DNA from: a virus
Taxonomy: Duplodnaviria; Caudoviricetes
Strand: one strand, 5' to 3'
DNA: 35,559 nucleotides
Virus record (IMG/VR): IMGVR_UViG_3300038673_000605
Coordinates: 1-35,559 of that record
The position numbers and the translations under genes are program-made. Under the pieces are notes generated by a model, which worked only from the letters and a program-made list of their open reading frames with translations, searched no databases and was not told the DNA's origin. Position 1 is the first letter of the stretch. Every line of letters starts with the position of its first letter. Below, in pieces: positions 9,217-18,848 of this stretch.

Positions 9217-10116
9217 CTATAATCCAGTCTGGACCTGAGCTCCTCTAGGTTCTTCCAGGGCCACAGCGGTGGTGGCTCTCATGAAGATTATCAGTTTTTC
9301 AGGATCTTCATCCAAGATTTCCTTAACCTTCACATTGATGAATGGTGCGTAACCTTCCATTCCTTTCAACACACTAGGGTTGAAGGCGTTAGGGTTCACA
9401 TCATAAGCCACGGTGGCAGGGGGCATGGTCCTATCGAAACCTATACAAGTTCCGTGGGTCATCCTCTGGCCACCATACATGAACCGGTTAGGGCCGTCAT
9501 CAAACTCTGGGAAGTCGTAATCCTTACCAGTCATGGCCTCTTTATAGTCACAGAGTTCGGTGAAATTGGTTTCATCCAGACAGAAAGTGTTCAACTCCAT
9601 GGGAAGGCTGTCATCGTGGTATGCGACTTTCATCCTACGAATGTCCAGGTTTATACTGGAACTAGTCTCCCATACGCCATCTGAGAGGGTTGCGGTGCTA
9701 GCTGTTCCTCCATTTTTCAGGGCATTCACAACATCAGTTTCAATGTCACGGCCCACAAAGTAGGCGTGTTTGGTTATGAAGTTAAGTATGCTCTGGCCGT
9801 TCTGTTTCAGTTTAGTTATGTCTATAACTAGTTTGAAACCACGGGTCTCCACGGGGATTGATTCCCCTTTCATTCCACTGGTCCGAACTATTTCCAGTTC
9901 AGCACCAGGGGCGATTTTCTGGGCCCCTTTGGAAAGGCCGGAAGTTAAATCTTCCTCAGGTGTTGCTTTTTCCTGGTAGAAAACGTACTGGTCAGCATTT
10001 ACGACCTTATCCTTATTCATGTAGGGAGTGACTCGTAATCCTTTAGCTACGAGTCTGGTTATCCTGGTTTGCAGGAAATCCCGGTTGAATAGTTGATCAT
10101 TAACTGGTGTGTCCAT
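9217..10116 (-). CDS. Major capsid protein (HK97 fold)
   Basis: 299 aa; IAPGAEL and RDIETDVVNAL backbone-helix-like segments; follows the scaffold and cement genes. Confidence 0.8.
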   Translation of the reverse strand: MDTPVNDQLFNRDFLQTRITRLVAKGLRVTPYMNKDKVVNADQYVFYQEKATPEEDLTSGLSKGAQKIAPGAELEIVRTSGMKGESIPVETRGFKLVIDITKLKQNGQSILNFITKHAYFVGRDIETDVVNALKNGGTASTATLSDGVWETSSSINLDIRRMKVAYHDDSLPMELNTFCLDETNFTELCDYKEAMTGKDYDFPEFDDGPNRFMYGGQRMTHGTCIGFDRTMPPATVAYDVNPNAFNPSVLKGMEGYAPFINVKVKEILDEDPEKLIIFMRATTAVALEEPRGAQVQTGL

Positions 10117-10143
10117 TTCTTATTCCTCCATTTAAGTTTTTAA

Positions 10144-10650
10144 TTAGTCAGCCACGGCCTGTGGCACTCCTTTAGCCAGGGCGTCAATGTAAATTCCACT
10201 TGATGCATCGGCGGATTCTATGGCTACAATATTCGTGGTGGTGTCCTCTTCCTTGTCCATCACATTCTTACCAGATGCGATTCCAAGGTAATCTCCAGGG
10301 CTAACGGCCTGGTTAGTTGCGATTAGTTTAACCCTCACACGTTTCCAGCCCACCAGGACAATGTTACCATACCTGCGGGTGTAATTCCCGGAGGTTTTAC
10401 TTTCCCCTGGTAGTGGGCCTCTAGGGTCTCCGTCTATGAATCCGATCTGGATTCCGCTGGCACTGAGTTGGACGGTTTTATCCGCACTGGTGCATATTTC
10501 CACGAAATCTCCATCATCGAGTTGGGAGGCGAAACTACCTCCCTCCCTGTATTCCCCACTTTTCAAGAGGGTTTTTTCGTTATAGGTGAAGTTTCCTTCT
10601 TCTAAGTCGAAGGTTTCCCCACCTTGTGTGGTGTTTTCGTAATGAGTCAT
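10144..10650 (-). CDS. Capsid cement/decoration protein
   Basis: 168 aa with GDFVEI and VSPGDYL beta motifs, between the scaffold and major capsid genes. Confidence 0.65.
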   Translation of the reverse strand: MTHYENTTQGGETFDLEEGNFTYNEKTLLKSGEYREGGSFASQLDDGDFVEICTSADKTVQLSASGIQIGFIDGDPRGPLPGESKTSGNYTRRYGNIVLVGWKRVRVKLIATNQAVSPGDYLGIASGKNVMDKEEDTTTNIVAIESADASSGIYIDALAKGVPQAVAD

Positions 10651-10662
10651 CTTCTATACCTC

Positions 10663-12021
10663 CTATGGTGTCATCCCGTGCTCTTCACAGGTCTCCTTGT
10701 ACTTTTCATAATCGAAGTCACCATCACCATCATCATGGGTCTGGCGGGAAATCTCCTCAGGGTTCCAGAGTTGTTCTTTGAAACTGGCCAGCATGGTGTC
10801 AACCTTCTGATCAGCGGTTTTACCTTCCTCACCTTCATCATCTTTGTAGGCCAGGCAGGCTTCGAGAACTCCTTCTTCCATGGCAGGGGTGATTTTTCCT
10901 TCTTTAATTTTCACACCGATTTTGGCGGTTAGTTCGGCTTTGCGTGCTTTGAGTTGCATGTCTGCCAGTCCTGCTTTGACTTCAGCGGTTTCACCCTGGG
11001 CAGTGGATTTGATTAAATCCTCAATCCCACTCATGCGGGTGTCAAATTCTTCTTTAGTCACAAACTGAGGGGTGCTTTCTTCGGCAGGATTTCCACCACC
11101 TTCAGCGGCCTGTGCGCCAGGGGCTTCTTCTCCTTCTTCAGGGTTTCCTTCACCTTCTTCTCCTGGGTTTCCAGGGTTATTTTCATCTGTCACGTTATCT
11201 TCCTCCATTCCAAGTTTTGCAGTTAGGACCAAGTCATCAGGAACCAGGCCAGTTTTACAATCCCGGCAACCTCCCTCATCGACATAATCCGTCCGTTTAA
11301 TTCCTTTAAATTCTTTCAAAACATAGTCTGCATCTTCATCTTCACATGGCTCCCCTCTGATAGGGGCCACCACGCTAACATTCTCCAATTCGCCCTGAGC
11401 ATATAATTCATCCACTAAGGGGTTGGTGTGCTCAGTTTTAGTCGCATAGATGCTGTTCTCGTTATATCCAATCTCGGTGATCTGGCCAACATCCAAGAGG
11501 TTCAACTTCTTCAATGTCGGATACTGGGCCAGGAGTTCCTCTGGCAGGTGGTCTAAACCAAGGGTGATACCACCGTTGTCTTCAATCTCCTTCTGGAAAA
11601 CTTCAAAAGCAGAGGGTATTGTTTCCTTTGGGACTTTAACACGGCTGGGCTTGTCATTCACGAAGACGTTATGGATGCCGGTTCCCCATATTTTCATACT
11701 GGGCCCGGAGTTGGATGCTTTCAATTCTCCAAGTGCTTTTCGGTACGTTCGTGATTCCATAGCTTTTATGACATCATTGAAAACTTGTGTCTGTTCTTTG
11801 GACTCTCCGAGTTTTATTTCACCATCAAGACCTGTACTGTAGGGTATCAAGAAATAAGTGTCTTCACTGTAGTTGTATGCGATTATCTCGTTTCCCACTG
11901 TGGAAGTGTACTTTAAGTCTAACCATTTGCCGGGTTCCTTTTCGGGATTGAATTTCTTATCTAATGCGACCCTTATTTTGCTTTGAAGAGCTTCATAAGT
12001 GTTTTCAGGGTCAAAAGTGAT
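10663..12021 (-). CDS. Prohead protease/scaffold protein; probable ATC/ATT start
   Basis: LDH and VSV motifs then an acidic scaffold-like tail. The frame stays open 41 codons upstream of the called GTG (11898) to ATC 12021/ATT 12024, just after a GAGGTGA SD and an in-frame TGA. Confidence 0.75.
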   Translation of the reverse strand: MTFDPENTYEALQSKIRVALDKKFNPEKEPGKWLDLKYTSTVGNEIIAYNYSEDTYFLIPYSTGLDGEIKLGESKEQTQVFNDVIKAMESRTYRKALGELKASNSGPSMKIWGTGIHNVFVNDKPSRVKVPKETIPSAFEVFQKEIEDNGGITLGLDHLPEELLAQYPTLKKLNLLDVGQITEIGYNENSIYATKTEHTNPLVDELYAQGELENVSVVAPIRGEPCEDEDADYVLKEFKGIKRTDYVDEGGCRDCKTGLVPDDLVLTAKLGMEEDNVTDENNPGNPGEEGEGNPEEGEEAPGAQAAEGGGNPAEESTPQFVTKEEFDTRMSGIEDLIKSTAQGETAEVKAGLADMQLKARKAELTAKIGVKIKEGKITPAMEEGVLEACLAYKDDEGEEGKTADQKVDTMLASFKEQLWNPEEISRQTHDDGDGDFDYEKYKETCEEHGMTP

Positions 12022-12126
12022 AATATCACCTCACAATTTTGTTTTTAAGTTAATGAAAATGAGTTAAGGAAACCTAACACTGACTAGGGGGTTGAAATAA
12101 TGAGAAAAATAATTATTAAGAACAAA

Positions 12127-13536
12127 TCATACTGGCACTAATTCAATATATTTGAAGACTCCCCAATCACTGTCCACAGTGCCCGTTTTAACCATTTTGA
12201 AGTTCATTCCACGAGGCAATAATACTTCAGCCTCTCCGGGGTTCAGTGTTTTAGACATGTCTAAAGCAGTGCTCCCCTTAGGCATGTTAATTTTAAGCAC
12301 CGTGTCTGTGTCTGTAAATGTAGATAGGTCAAATGTTTCTTTAGAAGTGCTCATATATCCTTTATCAGAATAGGAACCATTCTTAACAAAGGTTAATTTC
12401 TGATCACCAGTTCCGCGCCATAGAACTGTATCTTTAGTAAGCTGTTTTTTTGCTATAACCCCATCCAATACTTTAACACTCTCTTTTATTTTAGGGATCA
12501 TCTCTTTAGGTGTGAATAATAGATTTTCGCTCACTTTCCCAGTTCGGAGATATTTGTTAATAATTTCATATGTCCCCTTGTTTCCATCTTCAGTATATAA
12601 TTGGAGCGTTTTTTTCTCTTTCTCGGTTAATGACTGGTTTTTGGTCTTTGATGATGAGGGCGTGGTTTCTTCAACTTGTTGAATAATTTTGGCCTGTTCC
12701 TTACCAGTCGCATTAGGACCGGTTCCATCCTTAGGAAGTTTATAACCCTGCTTCTCTAAAAGGGCCTTTTCCAGTTTATTCCGCTTTTTAATCTTCTTAG
12801 CATAATCCTCAGCATCCTTCTTACTATCAAAGTAAACCGGAACACAAGCACACCATGGATGAATCGGAGGGATATACTTAGTTTCGTCAATATCAAAAAT
12901 CCGGCCACTGAAAAGTTGAATACACCTTTTACAAGCCGCGGCACGGTAATCCACTATGAAATATTTAGCACCCTCAGCTTTAGCCTGGGACCAACTAGCC
13001 GTATTACTTCCACGCATGGTTTCGGTGGTGGCAATCTTCCGGGCCCGGTCCTGGCTGATGCCAATCTTATCACTCATCTCCTTAACAATCTCAGTGGGGA
13101 ATTTCTTCTGAGCATAACCATCGGCCAGGATTTTCCCCAGATCCTTTTTAAGGTCCGTGTCCATCTTGGTGACTAACTGCATCACACTGTCAACCATGGT
13201 GATTTGGACTATACTGGAAGATGCAGATGGGGCCACGTTGCCCGTGTTAAGGCCTATCTGGAATGCATCGGCGAGGTTCTGTTTAAAAGTAGTTATGTCT
13301 TCGGTGTTGGCATCGGTGATTACAAAGCCACGGTTCACCATGGCCCTTAAAACCTGTTCTAATTGGTTTGGGTCTTTGAATGTTTTAACAGCCTGTTCGA
13401 GTTCTGCTTGGCCTAATTTCAAGACTTTCTGTAATAATTGTTGGTTGTCTGCGATTTTGTTATACAAGCCGTCGGGGAGTGATTTGGGTTTGGCCACCTC
13501 GTCCCAGGCCGCAGCCTGCAAAGTCATCGGTGCCAT
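12127..13536 (-). CDS. MuF (SPP1 gp7-like) minor head protein fused to a C-terminal ADP-ribosyltransferase domain
   Basis: MuF motifs RARKIATTE, CKRC, PPIHPWCAC. ART motifs YT..Y..INKYLR, LWRG, YMSTS, EAEVLLPRG (R-S-E class). Confidence 0.9.
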   Translation of the reverse strand: MAPMTLQAAAWDEVAKPKSLPDGLYNKIADNQQLLQKVLKLGQAELEQAVKTFKDPNQLEQVLRAMVNRGFVITDANTEDITTFKQNLADAFQIGLNTGNVAPSASSSIVQITMVDSVMQLVTKMDTDLKKDLGKILADGYAQKKFPTEIVKEMSDKIGISQDRARKIATTETMRGSNTASWSQAKAEGAKYFIVDYRAAACKRCIQLFSGRIFDIDETKYIPPIHPWCACVPVYFDSKKDAEDYAKKIKKRNKLEKALLEKQGYKLPKDGTGPNATGKEQAKIIQQVEETTPSSSKTKNQSLTEKEKKTLQLYTEDGNKGTYEIINKYLRTGKVSENLLFTPKEMIPKIKESVKVLDGVIAKKQLTKDTVLWRGTGDQKLTFVKNGSYSDKGYMSTSKETFDLSTFTDTDTVLKINMPKGSTALDMSKTLNPGEAEVLLPRGMNFKMVKTGTVDSDWGVFKYIELVPV

Positions 13537-13556
13537 GATAATGATTCCTTACTATT

Positions 13557-14933
13557 TTATTCTGCGGGCGTGTTGGTGGGGTTTAAAATATCCATAGCTC
13601 CACTTATCAGTTCTTCAGGGTTCACAGGTTCACCTTCTCCATTAACAATGGGGAATACTTGCTGTTGCTGTGGTTCTGTGAATTCGTCTTCAACCTCTAT
13701 ATCTGCGTATTGTTTCATGATACGTTTCAGGAGTTGTCTGAACCATTCTGAGGATGTGTCTATCTGGAATTTGTCAGCCCATGGTTGTAATGCTGCTAAT
13801 AATGCTAATAAGTCGTGTTGGTTGAATTCTTCAAAACCGAATTTAGGATATTTGGTGACGGTGAAGTTCAGATCTACCAGGGTCCGGATCCGTTCCTGGA
13901 TGCTGTTGGCCAGGTCCTCATGCACTCCATCCAGGAAGATGTATAATGTTTCTGCATGGGTTTGGCTCTGTGCATAGCTGCCTCCTTTGGCTTCGGCCTG
14001 GCCTAATAGGAGGCTGCCTATCATGAAGGCCTGGAATATTTGGTGATTGTGATAGTTGATGAAGTCCATGAAGGCTTCTCCACGGTGCTGTGATTCCAGG
14101 ATTTCATATTTCTCCCCAGATTTTCCAGTGAACCCTGCGGTTCCTTCATGTATACTGTCAATGTTGGCCTGCATCTCCTCAGGGTTACTTGATCCTTCCT
14201 GTGCTTCATATCCGACCACAGTTGGCCCTTCATGCTTCTCCAGGAACACAGCGGCCCAGAGGAGTATTTGGTGTTTCATGAAATGATCATCATAACAAGC
14301 CCTTAGGATGGCACGGCCGTATTTGTTGCCGAACTTCTCATCAAAAGCGAAAATAATACACTTCTCAGCCGGGATGGGTATTGGGTTTCCATTCACCCAT
14401 TGGGTGACCTTTTCAACATCCCCATACTCATCATAATCAAAACAGTTGTACCATATCGTGCTAATGGGGAGTGATTTGATAGTGTCCCATACAATCCTGG
14501 ACTTGCCATCTATCTCCTTGAATATCATGTTGCATTCTGAGACTGCGAATCCATAGGGGAGGGCAGTGTAAAGGTTTTTTCGGACCTGTCTGAAAGGTGT
14601 TCTGAGGTTCTCGATAACATCCCGTACGAAGTCGGCCACCTCCACATCCTGGGGGTCTTCACTGGCAGGTGTGATTATATACTTCTTTTTAAGGAGGCTG
14701 TAAGTGATTAGGCGTTCTGCGGCTTTGACTTGGGGGTCGTTGAGCATCTGGTTATAGTCACGGTAGTTGAGTTTGTCCGGGTTGTAACTGGATCCGAACA
14801 TTTGTTTAAGCCAACTGTAACTAGGGATTCTACTCTTTTGGGGGCCGGTTAGGTCTTTGACTTTGATGTCTGGGTTGGATGCTTCTATTCGCAGGTTGCC
14901 TCCCAGGTGGAAGTATTCATTATAATCTATCAT
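13557..14933 (-). CDS. Portal protein (Mu gp29/DUF935-like)
   Basis: ALPYGFAVSE, NKYGRAILRACY, FLEKHEGP and GGSYAQSQTH motifs; follows the large terminase. Confidence 0.9.
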   Translation of the reverse strand: MIDYNEYFHLGGNLRIEASNPDIKVKDLTGPQKSRIPSYSWLKQMFGSSYNPDKLNYRDYNQMLNDPQVKAAERLITYSLLKKKYIITPASEDPQDVEVADFVRDVIENLRTPFRQVRKNLYTALPYGFAVSECNMIFKEIDGKSRIVWDTIKSLPISTIWYNCFDYDEYGDVEKVTQWVNGNPIPIPAEKCIIFAFDEKFGNKYGRAILRACYDDHFMKHQILLWAAVFLEKHEGPTVVGYEAQEGSSNPEEMQANIDSIHEGTAGFTGKSGEKYEILESQHRGEAFMDFINYHNHQIFQAFMIGSLLLGQAEAKGGSYAQSQTHAETLYIFLDGVHEDLANSIQERIRTLVDLNFTVTKYPKFGFEEFNQHDLLALLAALQPWADKFQIDTSSEWFRQLLKRIMKQYADIEVEDEFTEPQQQQVFPIVNGEGEPVNPEELISGAMDILNPTNTPAE

Positions 14934-16263
14934 CTAGGTTTCCTCTTCCTTTCTTACTGAACTTGTATGAACGTTTACTTCTCGTGTAACCAGTTACAGA
15001 ATTAGTTAATCCCCTAGTGGCCATTATGGGGCCTCTCCACATGTCTGGACAGTGGTCATTTGTTTTCATCGGCCTGTCTTCCCCTCTGGCTTGGGCTTTT
15101 GGGTCCCATGCATAACTCTGGGCCTGAGCCACGCTATTGGGGCAGTTCACATTACTAATCTTAAACCGTTCCTCAGCGATCAGCTTCTGAATTTCATAAA
15201 TATCCCTTAATGTTTTGGGAGTGTAAGTTACGACTTTAACTCGGCTGCCCTGGTAATCCTTTTTAGCTAAAACGCTCCTTATTGCGGCTGCATCGTGAGA
15301 AGTTACAAATGAATGTAAAGGTCTGCCTTGGAGCATGGCCAGTGCACCTTTAAAGTGGCCGGCTTCGTCTCCCATTATCAGTTCGTTGGGTGTTAATTGT
15401 CGGCCCTGGTGTTGGCTCACATCCCAGTAAACTTCATCTAAAAGGTGATAATGGTTTCCATAAGGGGTTCTTTTTATCCCGAATAATCCAAAAACAGTTA
15501 CATTTCCAAGGCCTTCATCAGTACCAATCACATAATAATCGTAAGAATTAAAAGGAGGAGTTCTGAAAGTGTGAAGTGATTCAACAAACCGGTCATATAT
15601 GGCCCCCTCAGCTGTGACCCATAACCCTTTAATTTTCCTTTTATGCCCTAATGTACCTGGTGGGTATCGGAGCTCCATCGTCTCAATATACCCTTTAGGG
15701 AGAAATGGATTATCATAAAGCTCCCAGTGAGAAGTGTAAACCTTTCCGGCCTTAATAAGTTCAGTGTTATCTATTAAATCAGTTTTAATCGGATGGTACG
15801 GACTATTACTGTTCATAGTCATGTAGGCCCTGGCACCCTCAAGGCTCAACCTGTCCAGAATAGTATCCAGAACAGTTTGAGGATAAGTGTCAGCTTCATC
15901 CAGATCCGCCCCACCAATAGTCATCCCCTTAATAATCTCAGCGGCGGTCTCATTATGGCAACCAACAAGCCAACAAATATTTCCTTCAACCTCAATATAA
16001 CCCTTACCCCCACGGTAATCATAACCAATACCAAAATGGTCCATAATAGCCATCTGAGGGACTAATACATTCCTTAAAAGGGCCGTTCTACTTTTACCTC
16101 CCTGCAAAAAATGATAATGGGGACTTGTTAAAATGAATTGAAGCCAAGCAAACCGACTAGTAATAGTTTTAGTGGACCTCACGGCCCCCTCAAAAATGTT
16201 AATATCAGCCGTGGCCTCTTCAATAACCTTTTTCGATTTCGGTGTGAGACGTTCAATTTCCAA
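14920..16263 (-). CDS. terL: Terminase large subunit (PBSX-like)
   Basis: Walker A EGAVRSTKT, Walker B DLDEAD, motif III MNSNSPYH, DNPFL, GLWVTAEG and nuclease KTNDHCPD. Start placed at TTG 16263, next to the terS stop. Confidence 0.93.
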   Translation of the reverse strand: MEIERLTPKSKKVIEEATADINIFEGAVRSTKTITSRFAWLQFILTSPHYHFLQGGKSRTALLRNVLVPQMAIMDHFGIGYDYRGGKGYIEVEGNICWLVGCHNETAAEIIKGMTIGGADLDEADTYPQTVLDTILDRLSLEGARAYMTMNSNSPYHPIKTDLIDNTELIKAGKVYTSHWELYDNPFLPKGYIETMELRYPPGTLGHKRKIKGLWVTAEGAIYDRFVESLHTFRTPPFNSYDYYVIGTDEGLGNVTVFGLFGIKRTPYGNHYHLLDEVYWDVSQHQGRQLTPNELIMGDEAGHFKGALAMLQGRPLHSFVTSHDAAAIRSVLAKKDYQGSRVKVVTYTPKTLRDIYEIQKLIAEERFKISNVNCPNSVAQAQSYAWDPKAQARGEDRPMKTNDHCPDMWRGPIMATRGLTNSVTGYTRSKRSYKFSKKGRGNLDDRL

Positions 16264-16264
16264 A

Positions 16265-16885
16265 TCAGTCTTTGCTGCTTGTATCGTCTTCGAGGTCTTC
16301 GTCTTCCTCTGTCTTCTGGAATAACCTGACAAACTCCTCACGCCTTTTAGCTTTATCCTCACCTTCTTCAGGTTCGCCAAGTGCATCCTGTTCAATCATA
16401 ACAACTTCACCATAGGCATCAGCAACCTGTTTCAAGAACCAAGCTTTACCTCCAGGAGACTTGAAGAATTCATCATCAATTGCAAGACCCATACAATCCT
16501 TTTTCAATTTCATTAAATCTTCTTGAAATTCCTTGGCGTTGTCTGCATGTCTTCGTCGCATCTCTAAAATTCTTCTCTCGTTCTCTGTTCTGAAATTTTC
16601 ATCAACAAAATCATCATAAGCTTTACATCGTTCAATCCAATTCCATTTAGCAGAATAAGTTTTAAAAGTATTGAAATTAGGAATATTGGGGGAAGGTTGA
16701 TTTTGGTTGATTTTGGTTGATTCTTCAACTTCTTTCACTGCGATTTTGTGTGCTTTTTCTATTGTTCTGAATGGCCCTAGGTCTCGGTATAGGCAGAATA
16801 GGTGGTACCCTTTGTTTGGTTCGTTTTTTCTTCGGGTCCAGATTTGGTCTTCTTCTGGTTTTGTGGCAGTCATGTTGGTCACCAT
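16265..16885 (-). CDS. terS: Terminase small subunit
   Basis: W.R...E..K.Y..F..YRDLG and S.KWNW.ERC.AYD motifs; immediately upstream of terL. Confidence 0.8.
   Translation of the reverse strand: MVTNMTATKPEEDQIWTRRKNEPNKGYHLFCLYRDLGPFRTIEKAHKIAVKEVEESTKINQNQPSPNIPNFNTFKTYSAKWNWIERCKAYDDFVDENFRTENERRILEMRRRHADNAKEFQEDLMKLKKDCMGLAIDDEFFKSPGGKAWFLKQVADAYGEVVMIEQDALGEPEEGEDKAKRREEFVRLFQKTEEDEDLEDDTSSKD
16695..16722 (+). repeat. Tandem 10-bp repeat (GGTTGATTTT x2.8) inside terS
   Basis: ggttgatttt ggttgatttt ggttgatt read directly. Confidence 0.85.
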
Positions 16886-17220
16886 GTTTTTGTTAAGTTT
16901 TTGGTGGAAATTTTGGGAATTTTTTGTAAAAGTTGGAAAAAATTAATTAGATTTTGGGAAAATTAGTAAGAAATAATGTTAAAATTTAGGATTAATTTAG
17001 TGGTTTTGGGGTTACTTCGTTATACGGAAGGATGACGAAGTGGTTATTGTGGTCTGGTTAGGGTATTGTTTTTGGTGTTTTGTTTATGAAAATAGGTTAA
17101 TTTATGGGTTTTGTGGTGGTTTTTGTTGTAATGTGTGAACATTGATTTTTAGAATATTCTGTATAAAATAAGAATTTCGTGTTTACAGGGTTTTGAACAA
17201 TTACATAAAATTGTGAAGGC

Positions 17221-17427
17221 TTAATTTATGAATCCGTATAATTGGATTACACCTGTATGATCTTCATCTGCATATGTGGCTTCTTCTCTCCAAGCTTCCA
17301 TGTGTATTTCTGGAGTTTTTGTTATTTGTCTGATGTCTTCTTTGCATTTTTTAATGGTTTTGAATCGTTCTTTTGTGGGTGTGTTATCGGAGAATCTTAT
17401 TTTGAATCCAACTATTTGTTTTGGCAT
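17221..17427 (-). CDS. Hypothetical protein
   Basis: GGAG SD; tightly packed in the operon. Confidence 0.65.
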   Translation of the reverse strand: MPKQIVGFKIRFSDNTPTKERFKTIKKCKEDIRQITKTPEIHMEAWREEATYADEDHTGVIQLYGFIN

Positions 17428-17429
17428 GG

Positions 17430-17873
17430 TTATTTCTCCACCCTATATTTGTCGGGATAATAATCAACCTGACGCTCAGTGGTTTTTTCTATTGCATCTT
17501 TGGCCATTGTTTCCATTTTTTTATTGATATCTTTGAGTGTTGGCTGTTGCCATTCGATTATCTGTTTAATGGCCTGGACCTGGTAATGTTCCTTAGCTTC
17601 CACTACGGCCTCTGAGTCAATTTCAACGTCAGGGCCCTTTCGTAATCCTATTAAATGATTAATCAAATGTTCAATTTCATGCCATAATGTGTGGAATATC
17701 TCATCCGGTGGAAGATCTGTTCCTAACCTTATCCACCTTTCCATGGGATGATTTAAACCTGCTTGTTGAGCCCCATCATAGTATATTTTAGGGTCGAAAA
17801 TAATCTTATATTTTCTGGAGGCCAGTGTGATTGAATCTCCAATTTTAAGGTTATTAACATCAATCTTTTGCAT
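17430..17873 (-). CDS. HEXXH zinc metallopeptidase-like protein
   Basis: IRLGTDLP...FHTLWHEIEH followed by a downstream Glu (SEAVV); ImmA/IrrE-like minimal zincin pattern. Confidence 0.7.
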   Translation of the reverse strand: MQKIDVNNLKIGDSITLASRKYKIIFDPKIYYDGAQQAGLNHPMERWIRLGTDLPPDEIFHTLWHEIEHLINHLIGLRKGPDVEIDSEAVVEAKEHYQVQAIKQIIEWQQPTLKDINKKMETMAKDAIEKTTERQVDYYPDKYRVEK

Positions 17874-18084
17874 CTTTTCTCCTCTTTTCAGCTAATTTAT
17901 AGATGATATCGTTATGAATATGAATCGTGTCTTCTTCCAATCCCAGAGCCCTCAATTCTTCCTCTGAGTATGGTTCCCAAATAAAAGTGTAACTTATGCA
18001 TCTTGTGTCTGGGTGTAAAAATTCTGTTATCCTAACCCGGGTTGAGAATGGAATTAAAAGGACTGCCTTTTTGATTAAATTCAT
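17860..18084 (-). CDS. Hypothetical protein
   Basis: GAGGAG SD; overlaps the next gene start. Confidence 0.6.
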   Translation of the reverse strand: MNLIKKAVLLIPFSTRVRITEFLHPDTRCISYTFIWEPYSEEELRALGLEEDTIHIHNDIIYKLAEKRRKDAKD

Positions 18085-18100
18085 GACATCTTCTCCTCAT

Positions 18101-18202
18101 TTACTCTCTGCGTGGGTAGAGATAGTTGGTTTGCATGTTCCAATATTCTTCCTTGGTGACTGGTTTGTCCTTTCCAGGGATGAGTACTGTGCTGAATGTC
18201 AT
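18101..18202 (-). CDS. Small hypothetical protein (33 aa, not in the ORF track)
   Basis: ATG 18202, MTFSTVLIPGKDKPVTKEEYWNMQTNYLYPRRE*; fills an operon gap. Confidence 0.4.
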   Translation of the reverse strand: MTFSTVLIPGKDKPVTKEEYWNMQTNYLYPRRE

Positions 18203-18311
18203 TATTCTACCCTAATTTTTGGGAAAAGTATTACTGTTATTTATAAAGGTCGTTGAAAGAAGTGTTCTCCATGCTCAGAATACAGCTGTGAACATTTTTG
18301 AAAGTATTACT

Positions 18312-18791
18312 CTAAAGGAAGGTGATAATCTCAATCACCCTATAAGCAACCATCACACAAAAAGTGGCAAAACCGCCAGCAGCAGCCCCTACAATTGCAC
18401 CTATTAAAATTCCCCTTCGACGGCCCTTATCTAATAATTTCTGTTTTTCTTTCTCTTGAATACCTTTAATCTTCTCATCTTGAGTGTTGTTGTGTTCTGT
18501 GGTCAAACCCAAACCCTCTCTTAAATTAAACATTTGGTTATTGAAATTTTCTTTGAGGTTTGATATTTCAGTCATTATGTTACCATATGTTTCATACGTT
18601 CTCCGATCTAAAAGAGAGATTGTTTCTTTCTGGTTTTCCTGTTCTTTCTCTGCTTTAGTTATTCTGCGTTCATGGTCATCTAATGTTGTTTTAGCTTTTC
18701 CCCAATCTTCTTGGTGGTGGCAGTTATGAACTGGTTCTGTGACAACCACACCCTGGTCCTCTTCCGGTAGGTTTTTATCTTCTGGTATCAT
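18312..18791 (-). CDS. Coiled-coil protein with a C-terminal membrane anchor (lysis-module/holin-like)
   Basis: LDDHERRITKAE coiled coil, basic RRR, then a hydrophobic helix; resembles XhlA-type architecture. Confidence 0.6.
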   Translation of the reverse strand: MIPEDKNLPEEDQGVVVTEPVHNCHHQEDWGKAKTTLDDHERRITKAEKEQENQKETISLLDRRTYETYGNIMTEISNLKENFNNQMFNLREGLGLTTEHNNTQDEKIKGIQEKEKQKLLDKGRRRGILIGAIVGAAAGGFATFCVMVAYRVIEIITFL

Positions 18792-18848
18792 AGTTTTTCA
18801 TGCCCTCCAGGATCCCGTTCATCTTGGGGGGATACCCAATATCATGAT

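Noticed and set aside
16264-16395. N-terminal 44 aa of the called terminase large subunit
   Set aside because: It overlaps terS in another frame; TTG at 16263 next to the terS stop is the more plausible start.
1069-16946. Many plus-strand ORFs in the track (e.g. 1069, 1071, 3209, 11450, 13157, 13570)
   Set aside because: They are antisense shadows of well-supported minus-strand structural genes, with no SD or motifs.
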